A DNA stretch of 64,000 bases, taken from Ascoidea asiatica JCM 7603 (taxonomy: Eukaryota > Fungi > Ascomycota). Of this stretch, positions 21,732 through 34,160 are shown one piece after another (position 1 is the first letter of the stretch; each line of letters starts with the position of its first letter). Under the pieces are notes generated by a model that had not been told where the DNA came from, made no database searches, and saw nothing but the letters and a program-made list of their open reading frames with translations. Made by a program: the position numbers and the translations under genes. Location: positions 549,937 through 613,936 of the forward strand of contig BCKQ01000006.1 of NCBI GenBank assembly GCA_001600695.1. The letters are read 5' to 3'.

Positions 21732-22508
21732 TTATGGACGAATCTTGAGAAATTTCTTTTTAGGTGGAACAGGTAGAGAAGGAGCTGGTGCTTCTTTTTC
21801 ATATATACCTTTTGCCATAGGATGACGCATTGTAAAACTACTATGTAAAGGTACAATATCATTCATTTTGAAACCTTTTACTTTTGGAATTCTCTTAACT
21901 TCATAATCATTTGTCATTAAATCTGGATTTGTTGGAAATTGTTTAATTTTTGATAATGTAGTTGGATTTCTTTGTAAATATTTTCCAATTGTTTTTATTA
22001 ACCATCTTTTATTTTTGAAATTAGGATTCTCATATTCTGAAGTTTCAGGATCTTTGATTAATACTCGTACTCTTCCTGGATTACCAAAATCTTGTGGATG
22101 AGTTTTATCAGGTTCTATTAAACATGCAAATCCTAATCCTCTTACATAATCTCCTATAGTTTTAGCTAATGGATTTTCAACACAATATTCTAAAGGAGCT
22201 CTTCTTCCTTCTTTATGAGTTCTATTTTTATCAAAATAACATGGATAAATAAGTTGAAATACTTTCAATTGTTCAAAATCTTGTTTAGTTAATTGATCTG
22301 TAAAAGCAATAGGATTATCTTCTTTAGGCGGAGGTCTCATAGGAATATTATTTGGAAATAATGGAGGTTCTTCATAATTCTGACTCTTTATTACTTTTTT
22401 TTCAACTTTTGGAGCAATTACTGTATTTAAAGTTGGATCAAATTCTGCAATATCCATATCTAAATCATCGATTCCATCTGAATCTTCTATATCTTCTAAG
22501 GTAGGCAT
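21732..22508 (-). CDS. SEC65: Signal recognition particle subunit Sec65 (SRP19)
   Basis: MPTLEDIED N-terminus, IYPCYFDKNRTHKEGRR, VENPLAKTI, EPDKTHPQDFGNPGRVRV. Confidence 0.96.
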   Translation of the reverse strand: MPTLEDIEDSDGIDDLDMDIAEFDPTLNTVIAPKVEKKVIKSQNYEEPPLFPNNIPMRPPPKEDNPIAFTDQLTKQDFEQLKVFQLIYPCYFDKNRTHKEGRRAPLEYCVENPLAKTIGDYVRGLGFACLIEPDKTHPQDFGNPGRVRVLIKDPETSEYENPNFKNKRWLIKTIGKYLQRNPTTLSKIKQFPTNPDLMTNDYEVKRIPKVKGFKMNDIVPLHSSFTMRHPMAKGIYEKEAPAPSLPVPPKKKFLKIRP

Positions 22509-22901
22509 TTTTGAACTGAAATTAAAACTTAGAGCACAGTGAGGATATGACTTTTTTTTTTTAATTAAATATTCACAAAGAAAATGTAATTTACTCTTTT
22601 TGTTTTTAGTTTTCTAGATTATAATTTTATCTATCTTTCTGTTTTCTTTTCTTTTACTATCAATCAAAATAGTCTGTCTGTCTGCTTTTTCATCTTGAAA
22701 ATCAAAGTAATTGCAGTCAAATTCAAAAGTCAAGTAGCTTAGCACGTGATTATACACTCAATACGATAAAGAAAATAGCTAAAACATAACTGTAATTGCA
22801 GAAATTAAAAATTGCAATTATTTACTTAAAACTACATCAATTTATTTCATTTTTTATTTATATGAAAGATATATAAATTCCTACAATTAAATTTTTTTTT
22901 T

Positions 22902-25483
22902 TCACCCCATTTCAAGATCTTTGTCTGTCATAAATTCATAATAATTTTGGACCTGTTTTTGTCTTACACTACCTAATAATGGCTCCTGATCCATTCTTCT
23001 TTTTTCATGTTGTTCAAAAAATAAAATGAAATCTTCAACTTCAACATTATCACAACTAACAGCTCTTGCGATTTCTTCTTTAGCATTTTCATTACTTTTA
23101 CTCCTTAAAATAGATGACGGTAAAAATAAGGAACTTCTGCTAAAAGTATCATCTTTCCAATTTAAATTTTTGGTTTCTTTATATTTAGTAGAATCCAGTG
23201 AATTCACGGATTGATTTTTTGATCTACTTCTAAATAATTTATGATGAAATTGTTTATTTAATTCCTGTTCTTCTACTTTAGGAGGATCAAGATATATTAA
23301 AAGATTGGCAAAATCATCGAACCTAATGGATGTATTTATACTTTCATTATATACATTCATGTTATTTTCATACTCATTTATACTATTAAAATCATTGTTA
23401 TAACTGGGTTTATCATTATGAGGTTCAAAAAATTCAGGTTGAGTAATTGATAATTTTTGTGGATTCATATTATTTGCTCCCATATTAATAGAAAATTCTT
23501 TATCAGCGAACGATCTATGGAGTATACTTGAAACCATTGTAGGAATATCATTATTTGAATCCCTAAATGCTGGAACTTTTAAAGATATTTGAGAGCATTC
23601 TTCTTGAATAGGAGCATCCCAAGTTTTATTTTCACGAACTTTAATTTAATTTTTTTTTTCTTTGTTAGTATTTTATTATGATTTTTTTTTATTTTATTCG
23701 AATCGAAAAGATAAATAGAAAAAGGTATACTAACATGATAGAGAATTTATTCTATTCAAAGCGTTTTTCACGAATCCTCGAACTGATTTTAAATATGAAG
23801 TTAGTAAATATTATATTTTTGAAATTAATTTTTAGTGAGTGATAAAATACCTTTTCCAGATGATTGTGAATTTTCTTCAGAAATACCTATTTCATCATTA
23901 CTTCCTCTTTGATTTTCATTGACCATTATAATTTCATTTTCATTAACTAAAATTTCACTTTCAATATCACTTTCACCAGAAAAATTTGGATTATGAAGAT
24001 GCTGCTGATGATTTATATCATAATCCATATCAATATCATTTTCAAATTCAGAAAATTCCATTTCTTGTTCTGAAAAATTATTTTTATCTTTATCACTTAA
24101 TTTATTTGATTCTGATGATTCAAATAAAAGCTTATCTACAGAATCATAATCAGAACCTTCAGAATCATTATTAGTGGAATCAGGATTTGTAGAATCTATA
24201 TCGATTGGATGAAATTTTGAATTTTCAGTGTTTTGAGGTAAGTTGGATTGATTATTACTATTATTATTATCATTATTATTTTTAAAATCATTTTCTTTTT
24301 GAGAAATTAATTCTGAGCTAAAGTTAGAAAAATTCTCATTATTTAATAAATCCAAATTATTATTTGTAATATTATTAATTAATTCATTTTGTGGAGGTTT
24401 AATTTGATTTTTTTGATAATCATTATCATATTCAGTTTTCATCAAAGATTCTAAATTTTGTAAATCAATTTGACTTTTAAATTTTTTATAACAACTTAAA
24501 GCTTCTTCAGGTAATTGATCAATATTATTTGGTAAACTTTTATTTATGATTTCTTTTTCTTTAGAATGTTTTTGAATATTAAGATTTCTTAATTGAGGAA
24601 TTTGTCTTCTAAAATTTTTCATATTTCCTCTAAAAGTTCTTTGAGAAAATTCATCATTTTGTGATATTTTTTTAGATTCTGGAGTATTTAAATTTATTTC
24701 GCTACTATTTCTTTTATAACCAAATCTTAATGAAGATAAATAGGAACCACTTTTAGTAAACTTATTTTTTTTAATAGAATTCAAATTATTATCATTATTA
24801 TTGTTATTGTCATCATTATTTCTATTATTATTAATATCAGAATTAATTTTATTTTCATTCAATAAATCATTTGAATTATTTAAGTTATTTGACTCATTTG
24901 GATTATTTAAATGAATTGAATTTTTTTGTTCGATAGATTGCAAAATAAAAGGATTTGAGGAATCATCATTAAAAGCTGAAAATTCAATTCCGGTCATCAA
25001 AGAATCTGAAGAATTTGAAGAAATTACACTTACTGAATCACTTAAAAAGATAGAAGAAGAAGAATTAGCGTTATTATTATCATTATGGAAATTATTATCA
25101 TTGATATTAAAATTATTATAATTACTATTAGTATTCGAAATATTTACATTATTTGAGAAATGTGAATAATTTGTTTCATTTGGTAAATTTTTTTCACTAT
25201 TTGTTATATCATTATTGCTAGAATTGTTATATTTATTATAATTGTTACTATCTATTTTATTGTTTATATTATTGTTTATGTTATTATTTATGTTATTATC
25301 TATATTGAAATTTTTTTGATTATCATAATAATTATAATTTTTTGAAGATTTTAAATGAATAAAGCTTGAGAATTTTTCATTTAAGTGTTTTAATCTTAAA
25401 TTTCTTAACCAACTTGATTTTTTTGTTTCTTTTATTGAATATTCTGATAAAGAAGGAGAAGTTGATTGAATCCTTGGACCCAT
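22902..25483 (-). CDS. Uncharacterised 805-aa Asn/Ser-rich protein; three exons (25483-23851, 23782-23735, 23638-22902)
   Basis: Two track ORFs joined by two phase-1 introns, each with TACTAAC; the spliced junction reads SSGK-VRGFVKNALNRINSLS-FRENKTWDAPIQEECSQISLKVPAFRDSNNDIPT-MVSS with no stop. Confidence 0.8.
23639..23734 (-). other. Intron 2 (96 nt) of the three-exon gene
   Basis: GTTAGT donor at 23734, TACTAAC at 23670-23664, first AG downstream (AAG) ending 23639. Confidence 0.78.
23783..23850 (-). other. Intron 1 (68 nt) of the three-exon gene
   Basis: AAG/GTATTT donor at 23850, TACTAAC at 23806-23800, CAG acceptor ending 23783; removes the stop at 23825. Confidence 0.78.
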
Positions 25484-26421
25484 AATTTTAAGATTTCTAT
25501 ATTAAAAATTATTAGTAGTTTAAATAAAAAAAATTTAAGTATAAATTATTTTTTTGTTTTGTTTTCTTAAAATTAGTTGATTAATTCATTAATAGTTAAA
25601 ATTGATTGAAATGAATTGGCTTGAACTAGTTTAATTTAATGTACAAGTAATAAAGCAAAATATAAAATAGCGATTAAAAGGGAAATATTAGAATTGGAAT
25701 TGACTTTGAAAAAAAAAGATTTTGAGAAGTATATTTAAATTCCAGTGAGATATGAATAAGAGAATTAAGATTAAACACTTGAGAGATTTTTTTTCATTAA
25801 AAAAAAGTTTTGGAGATAAATTTTTTTATTTGAGAAGTTTATTGGATAAGTAGCTAGAAGAGAAAGGTATTAGAGATGGATATTAAGAGATATTAAAAGA
25901 TAATAAATGATATTGATGAATATATTAATAAGAAAAACAAGAAAGATAGTTTATGAATTGATTATTGATATATTTATTGGTATTGATATTGATGCTTCTA
26001 ATGGTGATGGTGATACTACTATTAATGGTGTCTTTAATACTACAGAAGAGCAAAAAATAAGCGTTGAAAGAGAAAGAAAGAAGTGAAATGTGATCGATTG
26101 CATAGGTAATCACAAAAGCAAATGGTACTCAGAAGCAAAAGAAGGAAGAAAAGGCTGCAAAAGCAGCAAAAAATAAGCGCCGAGAGTAAACACGATGGAT
26201 GTTTTGGAGGGAGATCTGGCCCTTTGGTTTATTTGATGCTGCTTTTCCATTTGTGATATAACAAGAGAAATAAGCGCTAAGATAGAAATAGAAAAGGGAA
26301 AGTGTAAATAAATAGAAAAGAATAAAGTCTAAGAGTTGTTTATTTATACTTATAGGGGATTTCAATATATTCTATAAATGATTGTTTAACAAGATAAATA
26401 TGTAATTAAAAAATAAAACAA

Positions 26422-27465
26422 TTAAAAACCTGAATAAACTTGTTTTGGTTCATATGGAAATGAAGGACCAATTTCTTGAATACTGATTTTTGCAGCCCAA
26501 TGTCCAATATCAATTGATTCTTTTAAAGATTTACCAGCAACTAAACCAGCTACAAATCCACCAGCAAATGCATCACCAGCACCATTGGTATCAACAATTT
26601 TATCAGAAGATAATGCATGAACATTATATTCATTGATTATAAATTCATCATTATTATCTAAAGATACAGTAATTGTTGGATCTAAACCATGAGTGAAAAT
26701 TACTGTTCTATTGATTTTTTTATTTGATTTTGGTAATTTAACAATTGATTTTGCAATTTCTTTTAAATCTTTTGAATTAATATTATGAGATTCAGAATAT
26801 GATTCTGCTTCAGTTTCATTACAAATGATATAATCAACATATGGTAAAATTTTATCTAATTGATCTTTGAAAAATTGAGGAATAAAAGGTGCAGATAAAT
26901 TTAAAATTAATGGTTTATTAGTTTCTGATGCATGTTTACCTAATAATTCAATAGCTTCTGGTGATACAGTTAAATGAAATCCACCAATATAAAAAAATTT
27001 TGAATTTTCAATAATTTTCCAATTTTCTTCAATTTTTAAATGTTCAGGTTTAAAATGATTTGCAGCTGCTAAATCTGTAACTAAAGATCTATTAATACCA
27101 TTAATTAAAGCTGCACATTTTCCAGTTTCATAATCATCTTGGAACATATAATTTGTTTTTAAACCTGCTTTTTCATTTGCATTTAATAATAATTCTGAAT
27201 ATTTATCTTTACCAACAGATCCAAAATAAATTACAGAATCTTTTGGTAAAATATATTGAGCAGCTCTTGCAGTATTTTGTGCTGCACCTCCTGCAAGAAA
27301 TTTTAAATCAGAATTATTTAAAATTTCTTTATATAAAGGTAAATGACTTTCTTCTGCTAAAATTGCATCATTTTCTTTTAAATTGTATTTTTTTAAATAT
27401 TCTGGTTCAACAGTACATTGAAGATCTAATAATGGATTACCAAGACAAACAAGAGGATATGACAT
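26422..27465 (-). CDS. ADO1: Adenosine kinase
   Basis: LVCLGNPLLD, AGGAAQNTAR, FYIGGFHLTV, PfkB motif VDTNGAGDAFAGGF. Confidence 0.97.
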   Translation of the reverse strand: MSYPLVCLGNPLLDLQCTVEPEYLKKYNLKENDAILAEESHLPLYKEILNNSDLKFLAGGAAQNTARAAQYILPKDSVIYFGSVGKDKYSELLLNANEKAGLKTNYMFQDDYETGKCAALINGINRSLVTDLAAANHFKPEHLKIEENWKIIENSKFFYIGGFHLTVSPEAIELLGKHASETNKPLILNLSAPFIPQFFKDQLDKILPYVDYIICNETEAESYSESHNINSKDLKEIAKSIVKLPKSNKKINRTVIFTHGLDPTITVSLDNNDEFIINEYNVHALSSDKIVDTNGAGDAFAGGFVAGLVAGKSLKESIDIGHWAAKISIQEIGPSFPYEPKQVYSGF

Positions 27466-28007
27466 TTTTAAGAAATAAGAAAATTGATTTTATTTGATTT
27501 ACAAAAGTTATAATATTATTCTAACTACTCAATTCAATTAATTTAATATAATTAAATACTTTTTTTTATAATAAGAATATTTTGGTGTGTTGTGTTAATT
27601 CGTATAAAAAAATCTAGTATCCATGTTTACATCTGCATCCACTTTGAAAAAGTTGGGTGAAATTCTTTTTTTTCACTGTAAAGGCATTGTAAAAGCTAAA
27701 CAATTAACATTAGCAGCTTAACGGTGCTAAAAATTATCATCTGCCATTTTTAAAAGCTTTTTCACCACGTGCTTATAATAGAGATCGGAGACCAGTTTTG
27801 TGGGTTTTTTTCCTTACTTTTTGATAACAATAAGTTTATAAAAAGAAAAAGAAACAGAAAGATAAATACATATTTGAATATTAAAACTTTTAAAGGAATA
27901 ATTGGTATATTGAAATTGTTAAAGATAGAATAAAGTAGAAAAATCATAAAGAAATTAATTATAGAATATGTATAATATTTATTAAAGAAAAAGTGTTCCA
28001 AGTTGAC

Positions 28008-28769
28008 TCATAAAAGTGCTAAAAATATAAAACTGATAGCTAATGATAATCCTCCATCTCTGGCATATTTGAAAGCAAAATTAACTGCTATGGATTCTTC
28101 AGCGGCTGTTGTTTCTTCTAATGCCATGTTGATATCGGAAGAAGATGATGAAGATATGATTGATGTTAAGGTAGAAGGTGTACCATTAGAAGAATCAGAA
28201 GAAATATCGGAAGTAATACTAGAAGAAGTATCAGAAGAAATGCTAGAAAACGTTGATGAATTATCTTCTGTTGATGAAATATCTTCAGTTGACGAAGTAT
28301 CTTCTTTTGATGTTATATCTTCAGTTGACGAAGTATCGGCTGTTAATAAAACTTCTTCTGTTGATGAAACTACTTCTGTGACTTTTTCTGCTGATGAACT
28401 AATTGCTGTCGATGAAATGATCACATCAGATATTGTTGAGCTACCATCAACCCCAAAAACATCTGATAAAACATCAGTAGCAACTGAAACAAATTTAGAT
28501 GTTGCAACTCCATATACAGAATTAGCATTTGAAGCAATATCGCCTGCCTCTGAAACAACTGCTGATGTAACAACTGAATAAACTAAAACTACATCTGATA
28601 CCACACCTTCCACTTCAGAAGCAACAACAGATGTAACAACTCCATAAATTGATGTTATATCGGAAATAATATCCTTTTCTTGAACTTTAGTTGCCATTTC
28701 TGAAAATGCTTTTGAAACTCCTGAAAGCAATAAAAGAATAATTACTTTTGAAATTAAAGTGAACTGCAT
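28008..28769 (-). CDS. Putative GPI-anchored/cell-wall Ser/Thr-rich protein
   Basis: Signal peptide (MQFTLISKVIILLLLSGVSKA), degenerate roughly 21-aa repeats (YGVVTSVV, YSVVTSAV, YGVATSKF), SSTED repeats, hydrophobic C-terminal tail LSLAISFIFLALL. Confidence 0.8.
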   Translation of the reverse strand: MQFTLISKVIILLLLSGVSKAFSEMATKVQEKDIISDITSIYGVVTSVVASEVEGVVSDVVLVYSVVTSAVVSEAGDIASNANSVYGVATSKFVSVATDVLSDVFGVDGSSTISDVIISSTAISSSAEKVTEVVSSTEEVLLTADTSSTEDITSKEDTSSTEDISSTEDNSSTFSSISSDTSSSITSDISSDSSNGTPSTLTSIISSSSSSDINMALEETTAAEESIAVNFAFKYARDGGLSLAISFIFLALL

Positions 28770-29582
28770 TTTTATAATTGAGATTTATAAATGAATATGA
28801 ATATTTGATCAATTGTTTAATAGATTGATATATTGATTGAGACTATTTTAAAATATGAGCATGTAGATTTGTGAATAATTTTTTAAAAATATACATCTAT
28901 TAAATCATTTTATAAAAAAAAAATTAAACAAATTAGCTTTAATTTATGTTATTTTTTTCTTTCGTTAGATTGAATAATTTGTCCAATTCCACTAACTTGA
29001 AGAAAATACTAAATATAAAATACTGTTTTTGTTTTTAAAAAAAAAAATCTCAAGAACCTAAAAGGTTATAATTTTCAAAAAAATCAGCTATTTAACAGAA
29101 TCGAATTAAACTTTAGCTTGGATATTTTAAAAATATCGTCCAATCAAAAATTTAACTAGAAAAAAAATAAAAATTTTGTTTTATTTCATTGTAAAAAAAG
29201 AAAGCTCGTCTACTGTTAATGATGGTAATTGAATAGAATATAAATTTATTAATAGGCTATGTTCTTAAAACTTTCAATGAAAGTTAAGGAGTTCAACATT
29301 AGAGTGAGAGTAATTGTAGAAACCCAAAGGGGAGGGAACTTAAAAATTTCAAAAGAATAGATAAAATCCATACGAAAGTTATTAATTGTAAGTATTACCA
29401 CATATTTGTCTCATATAAAAGCGTAATAGCTATAGAATAAGTCTAAGATTATTTGAGATATAAATATAATAAAGGGAAATGAATTTAAATTTGAAATGTA
29501 TTGAAGAAGACTGAGAAATAATACGGTAGATAGTATTAAATATCAAATATATATATATATCTAAAGTTATTTTTGAAAATGA

Positions 29583-30575
29583 TTAATGGCCACCACTAGT
29601 TGGTAAACCAACAAAGGCCTTAAAAGAATCGTAAATTAACCATTGCATACCAGTTAAAGTACCAATCATTACAATACGAATAGGTAAACCATTCCATAAA
29701 CCAGCGAAACCAATTTTTTTATAAATTTTACTAACAGATTGAGACATTGATTCAGTTGGTAATTTTTCAGCATTGATTTTACTTACCATAACATCAGAAG
29801 GATGAGAAACAATTGCACAAAATATACCAGCAATATAACCACCGAGAAAAGAAACACCAGTTTGTTGTAATAAACTATATTCTGATTTTTTTTTAGGTAA
29901 ATAAGAATAAATTGACTCAACAACTCTTTCAAAAGTTGCAAATTTAACCATTGTATATGGAATTTGTCTAAACCATAAAGGAGTTAAACCTTTATATAAA
30001 CCAGTAACACCTTCTTTTGCAGTTAATTTTTTCCAACCATCAATTACATTTGTTGCATATGGTGGTAAAGTTGTTTGAGTTTTAACTTTTATAGCTTCAA
30101 ATGGACATAACATTATATCAGCTAAAAATTCAGCAGAAGCAGAAGCTCCAAGATATAGAGAAGTTCTATATTTATGAGATAATTCATCACCTAAAATTGT
30201 ACCATATTGATATTTAAAAAATTCATAAAAACCATATTTACCAGCACCTTGTAAAGAATAACCAATAAAAGTAGCACCAACACCACCAAATATACCTAAA
30301 AATCCTTCAGTTTTTATAATTGATTTCCAACCTTGAATATTTGAGGTATATAAAGATGCATCAACTTGTCTACGACATTTAACAAGATCTAAAGGAGTAA
30401 CTGAAGAATGAGTTGGACCACAAGCTAACATTCCTCCTAAACCACAAGTTAAGAAATATTCAGTTGAAAATAATTTAATTTTTTTAGATTCAACATTTGG
30501 AATTGTTGAATTAATCCAAAATTTTGCAGTATCTGAAGGATTATTTAATATTGGATAAGAATTATTTGAAGGCAT
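29583..30575 (-). CDS. PIC2: Mitochondrial phosphate/copper carrier
   Basis: [54 protein letters not shown]; carrier PX[DE]XX[KR] motifs; N-terminus resembles Pic2 more than Mir1. Confidence 0.88.
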   Translation of the reverse strand: MPSNNSYPILNNPSDTAKFWINSTIPNVESKKIKLFSTEYFLTCGLGGMLACGPTHSSVTPLDLVKCRRQVDASLYTSNIQGWKSIIKTEGFLGIFGGVGATFIGYSLQGAGKYGFYEFFKYQYGTILGDELSHKYRTSLYLGASASAEFLADIMLCPFEAIKVKTQTTLPPYATNVIDGWKKLTAKEGVTGLYKGLTPLWFRQIPYTMVKFATFERVVESIYSYLPKKKSEYSLLQQTGVSFLGGYIAGIFCAIVSHPSDVMVSKINAEKLPTESMSQSVSKIYKKIGFAGLWNGLPIRIVMIGTLTGMQWLIYDSFKAFVGLPTSGGH

Positions 30576-32025
30576 TTTTATTTAGATTTATGATTCAATT
30601 ACAATTTCAATTTTAATCCAATTGGAGTTATAAATATCAATTAAAGAATAATCGGATGAAAAGAAGAATAACAATAAAAAAGATGCAAAAAATCTAATAT
30701 TCTAATAATTAATTTGTAAAAATACAACAATTTAATAAAACAATAATAACAATTAATTGATTGATTAAAATTATCAGGTTCAGATTTATCTTTGAGTATG
30801 TGAGGATAATTGAAGATATTTAAGAGAATAAAAATAACTAAAAGCCGATTAAAAAGCAATCCAGAAGCGAATAAAAACCGATATAAATGAAAATTGGTTA
30901 AAAACTAAATTTCAGTTTGAGTGAGAAGATTTAATAAATGATTTTAAATAAAAATAAGTAAATTCAAGATTCAAAAATCAAAATCAATGATATAAAATTA
31001 AAATGAAGAAGGATGCAATGAATTAAGTGTTTTGATAGGCTCACTTCAATGAAGGAATATTAGAGATAATAAAATAGCTTTCTTCATAGCATTACATGGA
31101 ATAAAGTTGTTATCGTGAAGAAGATTTATTGCCATTATTAGCATTAAAATATTAATGTAGTACAAGATTGTTATTATATTATTAGATTATTACTGTAATT
31201 TAGTCTATGTTATTATCATCTCTGTGTTGATGTATTACTGGGATTGTATTCTATGTACACTACAAACCACTAATTTAATTAAGATATTTTATATTAATAT
31301 TAGAGTCTGTACTTTTAAAGTAGCATGCTTTTATTTTAATAATGGAATATTTGGGATTGGGCTTCCTTTAGTTCTGCTACGGACAAACTTTGGGGTGTTT
31401 TTAATAGTTCCGCAATTGCCAGAATTGCGCTTTTTCCGACGGATGTTGCGGCTATAGAGGCATTTGGCAGGTGCTGCTTCGCAATGCATGTCAATGTTTT
31501 GCAAACTTCCGGTACGAAAAATATAACTACGGATGTCAAAAATATAACGGAGAGCACGGACATTGATATCTAGAACGGATTTTAACGGATATTGATAGGC
31601 CTCAATTTATTCTAGACGCAATGTATGTGCAAGTATAAGAACTTTTGATTGGACCTATATTTAAAGTTTAGGATTAACGAACTGACATCACAATATCTAA
31701 GCAAAGTACATACAAATTTTTAAAATCAAGGGATAGACTGAAATTGCATTTACATAATAAAAGAGACTAACTATTCAAAAATGATTATGTGTATTAAATA
31801 TATAATTATATACGAATGATTGAAATGATAATGATTTGTCGTTAAAAGATAATAAATAAAAATAAAAATTGTAAGTTATAATAAAGGTCATTAAAAGAAT
31901 TTGAAATAAGTTTTTTTTTCTTTTTGTTTTTGAAAATTGAATTTGTAATTTGAATTTCAGAGAATTGAAGTAATAATAATAAAGTAGTTAAATGAAATAA
32001 AAATAAATGATTAATTAAAGATGAA

Positions 32026-32499
32026 TTAAATTGAAATGAATTGATAGTCTACATTTGAAAAAGATTTATAAGCTTTATTAATTGATTCAACATTTGATGA
32101 TAATTTTTGATTTAAAGTTTTAATTTTTGATAAAGCAGCATTAAGTTCATTATCTTCAAGTTCCATACCATCACCAATAAATTCTGGAATCATTTTTTTG
32201 AATTCTTTAATATCTTTTTTTGCAGAATTGATTTTCTCATAAAATTGATGATAAGAATCCCAATAATTATCAGAATCTAAGTTTTCAAATTGATTACCAT
32301 CAAATTGATCTTCCATACCAGCTAGAGAATCTTCATTATCATTTGGTTCAATTGAGATTGAATTATTATTTGAGAATTTATTACTAAAAGTATCTGTCAT
32401 TTCCTTTTTATTTTCTTTAAAAACTAAAGAATCTAAATCTTTTGCAATTGAAGAGATTTCAAAGATTTTTGATTCTAAGTCTTTCATTGATACACTCAT
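32026..32499 (-). CDS. Uncharacterised 157-aa acidic helical protein
   Basis: ATG in A-rich context, codon usage like neighbouring genes, amphipathic helices; no family recognised. Confidence 0.65.
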   Translation of the reverse strand: MSVSMKDLESKIFEISSIAKDLDSLVFKENKKEMTDTFSNKFSNNNSISIEPNDNEDSLAGMEDQFDGNQFENLDSDNYWDSYHQFYEKINSAKKDIKEFKKMIPEFIGDGMELEDNELNAALSKIKTLNQKLSSNVESINKAYKSFSNVDYQFISI

Positions 32500-34160
32500 T
32501 TTGAGATAATTTGATAAATTATAGAAGTTAATAAGAAGAAGTTTAATAAGTTAAGGATTTAATTGATTGTTTGGTTAATTGGTTAATCAGATTAATGATG
32601 ATTAAAATAAAAGCAAATGAATTTATTGTTTTATTTGAAAGAAATTAAACCCATTTTATATTAATTTTAATAATTTAATAATCTATAAATTTCTTTTAAT
32701 AGGAAATGTGGGGGGAGAAAACATTTCGATTATTATCACCTAAAATTCTTTTTATTAGGTTATTATTAAAATTATTGCCAGATAAATCTTGTAATGGAAT
32801 TAAAAATCGCCACTGAAATAATCTGAATATCTAAGAATAACCCAGAAAATCAGATTTCACTTAATATTTGTATGACTTGGTGTTTTATGTGCATTTTGCT
32901 TAATTTTCTGGCTCACTTCTCGACAAACTCCAGTCAACTCCAGAAAAGTCCACGCAGCCCGCAGCCAGCAGCGCCTGAAAGTCTGGAGCAGGCAAATATT
33001 CTCGTAGCCCACTGTTGCAGCACCTTGTTAGAGGAGGGGAGCTGCCCTCTAGCCACCTCACAAGTCCCTGTAGTAAACAAATCATTTGGCAAGGAATACC
33101 AGCCGGAGCGGCAGTTATCTCACCTCCATTGTTTTTGGTAGGTGCACACAGTGGTCATCTGCCCTTTGAAAGTGCAACAACTATTTGCGTGACTTGGCTA
33201 GTGGTGGCCTTGATCATTTATATCTTCTGCCTGTATACCGTAAGAGACCCTCTCTTTCCACCCTCTTTGCACACGCTTTACACTCGCTTTGTACCTTATT
33301 TTACCATTGTTGTTGTTTACCATTTTAAAATCTTAATTATTTTAAGTCTTGTTCAATATTTTGATAGTTTTATTAGTCAAATAATTAAATGGAGTTATTA
33401 ACTACGTAATAAATTGAAATGATATGTAAAACAACATAAAAATTTGAATTACTTATCGAATGTCACAATTAAGGTAAATAATGTTATTTATTCGATTTCA
33501 ATATTGTAAAAGAATTGCAATTTCAATATGAATTGGAAGCGAGATTGAAATTAGAATAACTTAACAAAAAATCATTGAATTAAATTATTGTAACATCAGG
33601 GGTGAAAAGATATCGTTAGATAACAAATAGTGGCCGATTATTAGTAAATAAAGATTAGTGAATAAATTTTACTGAATATTACTCATTAACACTTTTGAGA
33701 CTAATTTTTTGAATTTCTTTAATATGCTTTAAATTAAATGACCAATTGACTCCAACTTCAACTCCAATTCAAATTTTAACTTCAACAACAAATTTCTACT
33801 TACAATTCAATTTATTACAATTGAAAACAGACTCCATTCTGAAACATTTATTAGTTTAAACAAGTTATTTGAATAATCTATTTTGTAAATTCAATTTCAA
33901 AAGTAATTAATATAAATAACTGAATTTCATCCCCTAAAATTAAGTCCAGTTTAGCCTTATCCAATTTAGTATATTCAATTCACTTTTACTTATATTAATC
34001 AATTAAATTTATCTTTACTCAATTAAATTTTTTAATTAATTAAATAATTTTGCTTATTTTAATACTTTATTTATTTTTCTTATAGTATTATCATCAATTT
34101 TTCAAAATTGTTAACATTTCTTCATTTTCATTATTATTATAGAAGCTATTATTGCCCACG

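Noticed and set aside
23728-23741. Plus-strand TACTAAC...TAG
   Set aside because: It is the reverse complement of the minus-strand GTTAGTA donor; no plus-strand gene is present.
28003-28581. 192-aa plus-strand acidic ORF
   Set aside because: Antisense mirror of the Ser/Thr-rich GPI protein, whose signal peptide and tail define the real strand.
32872-33401. RNase MRP-like GAAAGTC motifs and small ORFs in the GC island
   Set aside because: No matching CR-V/P4 partner found; the ORFs show no coding bias.
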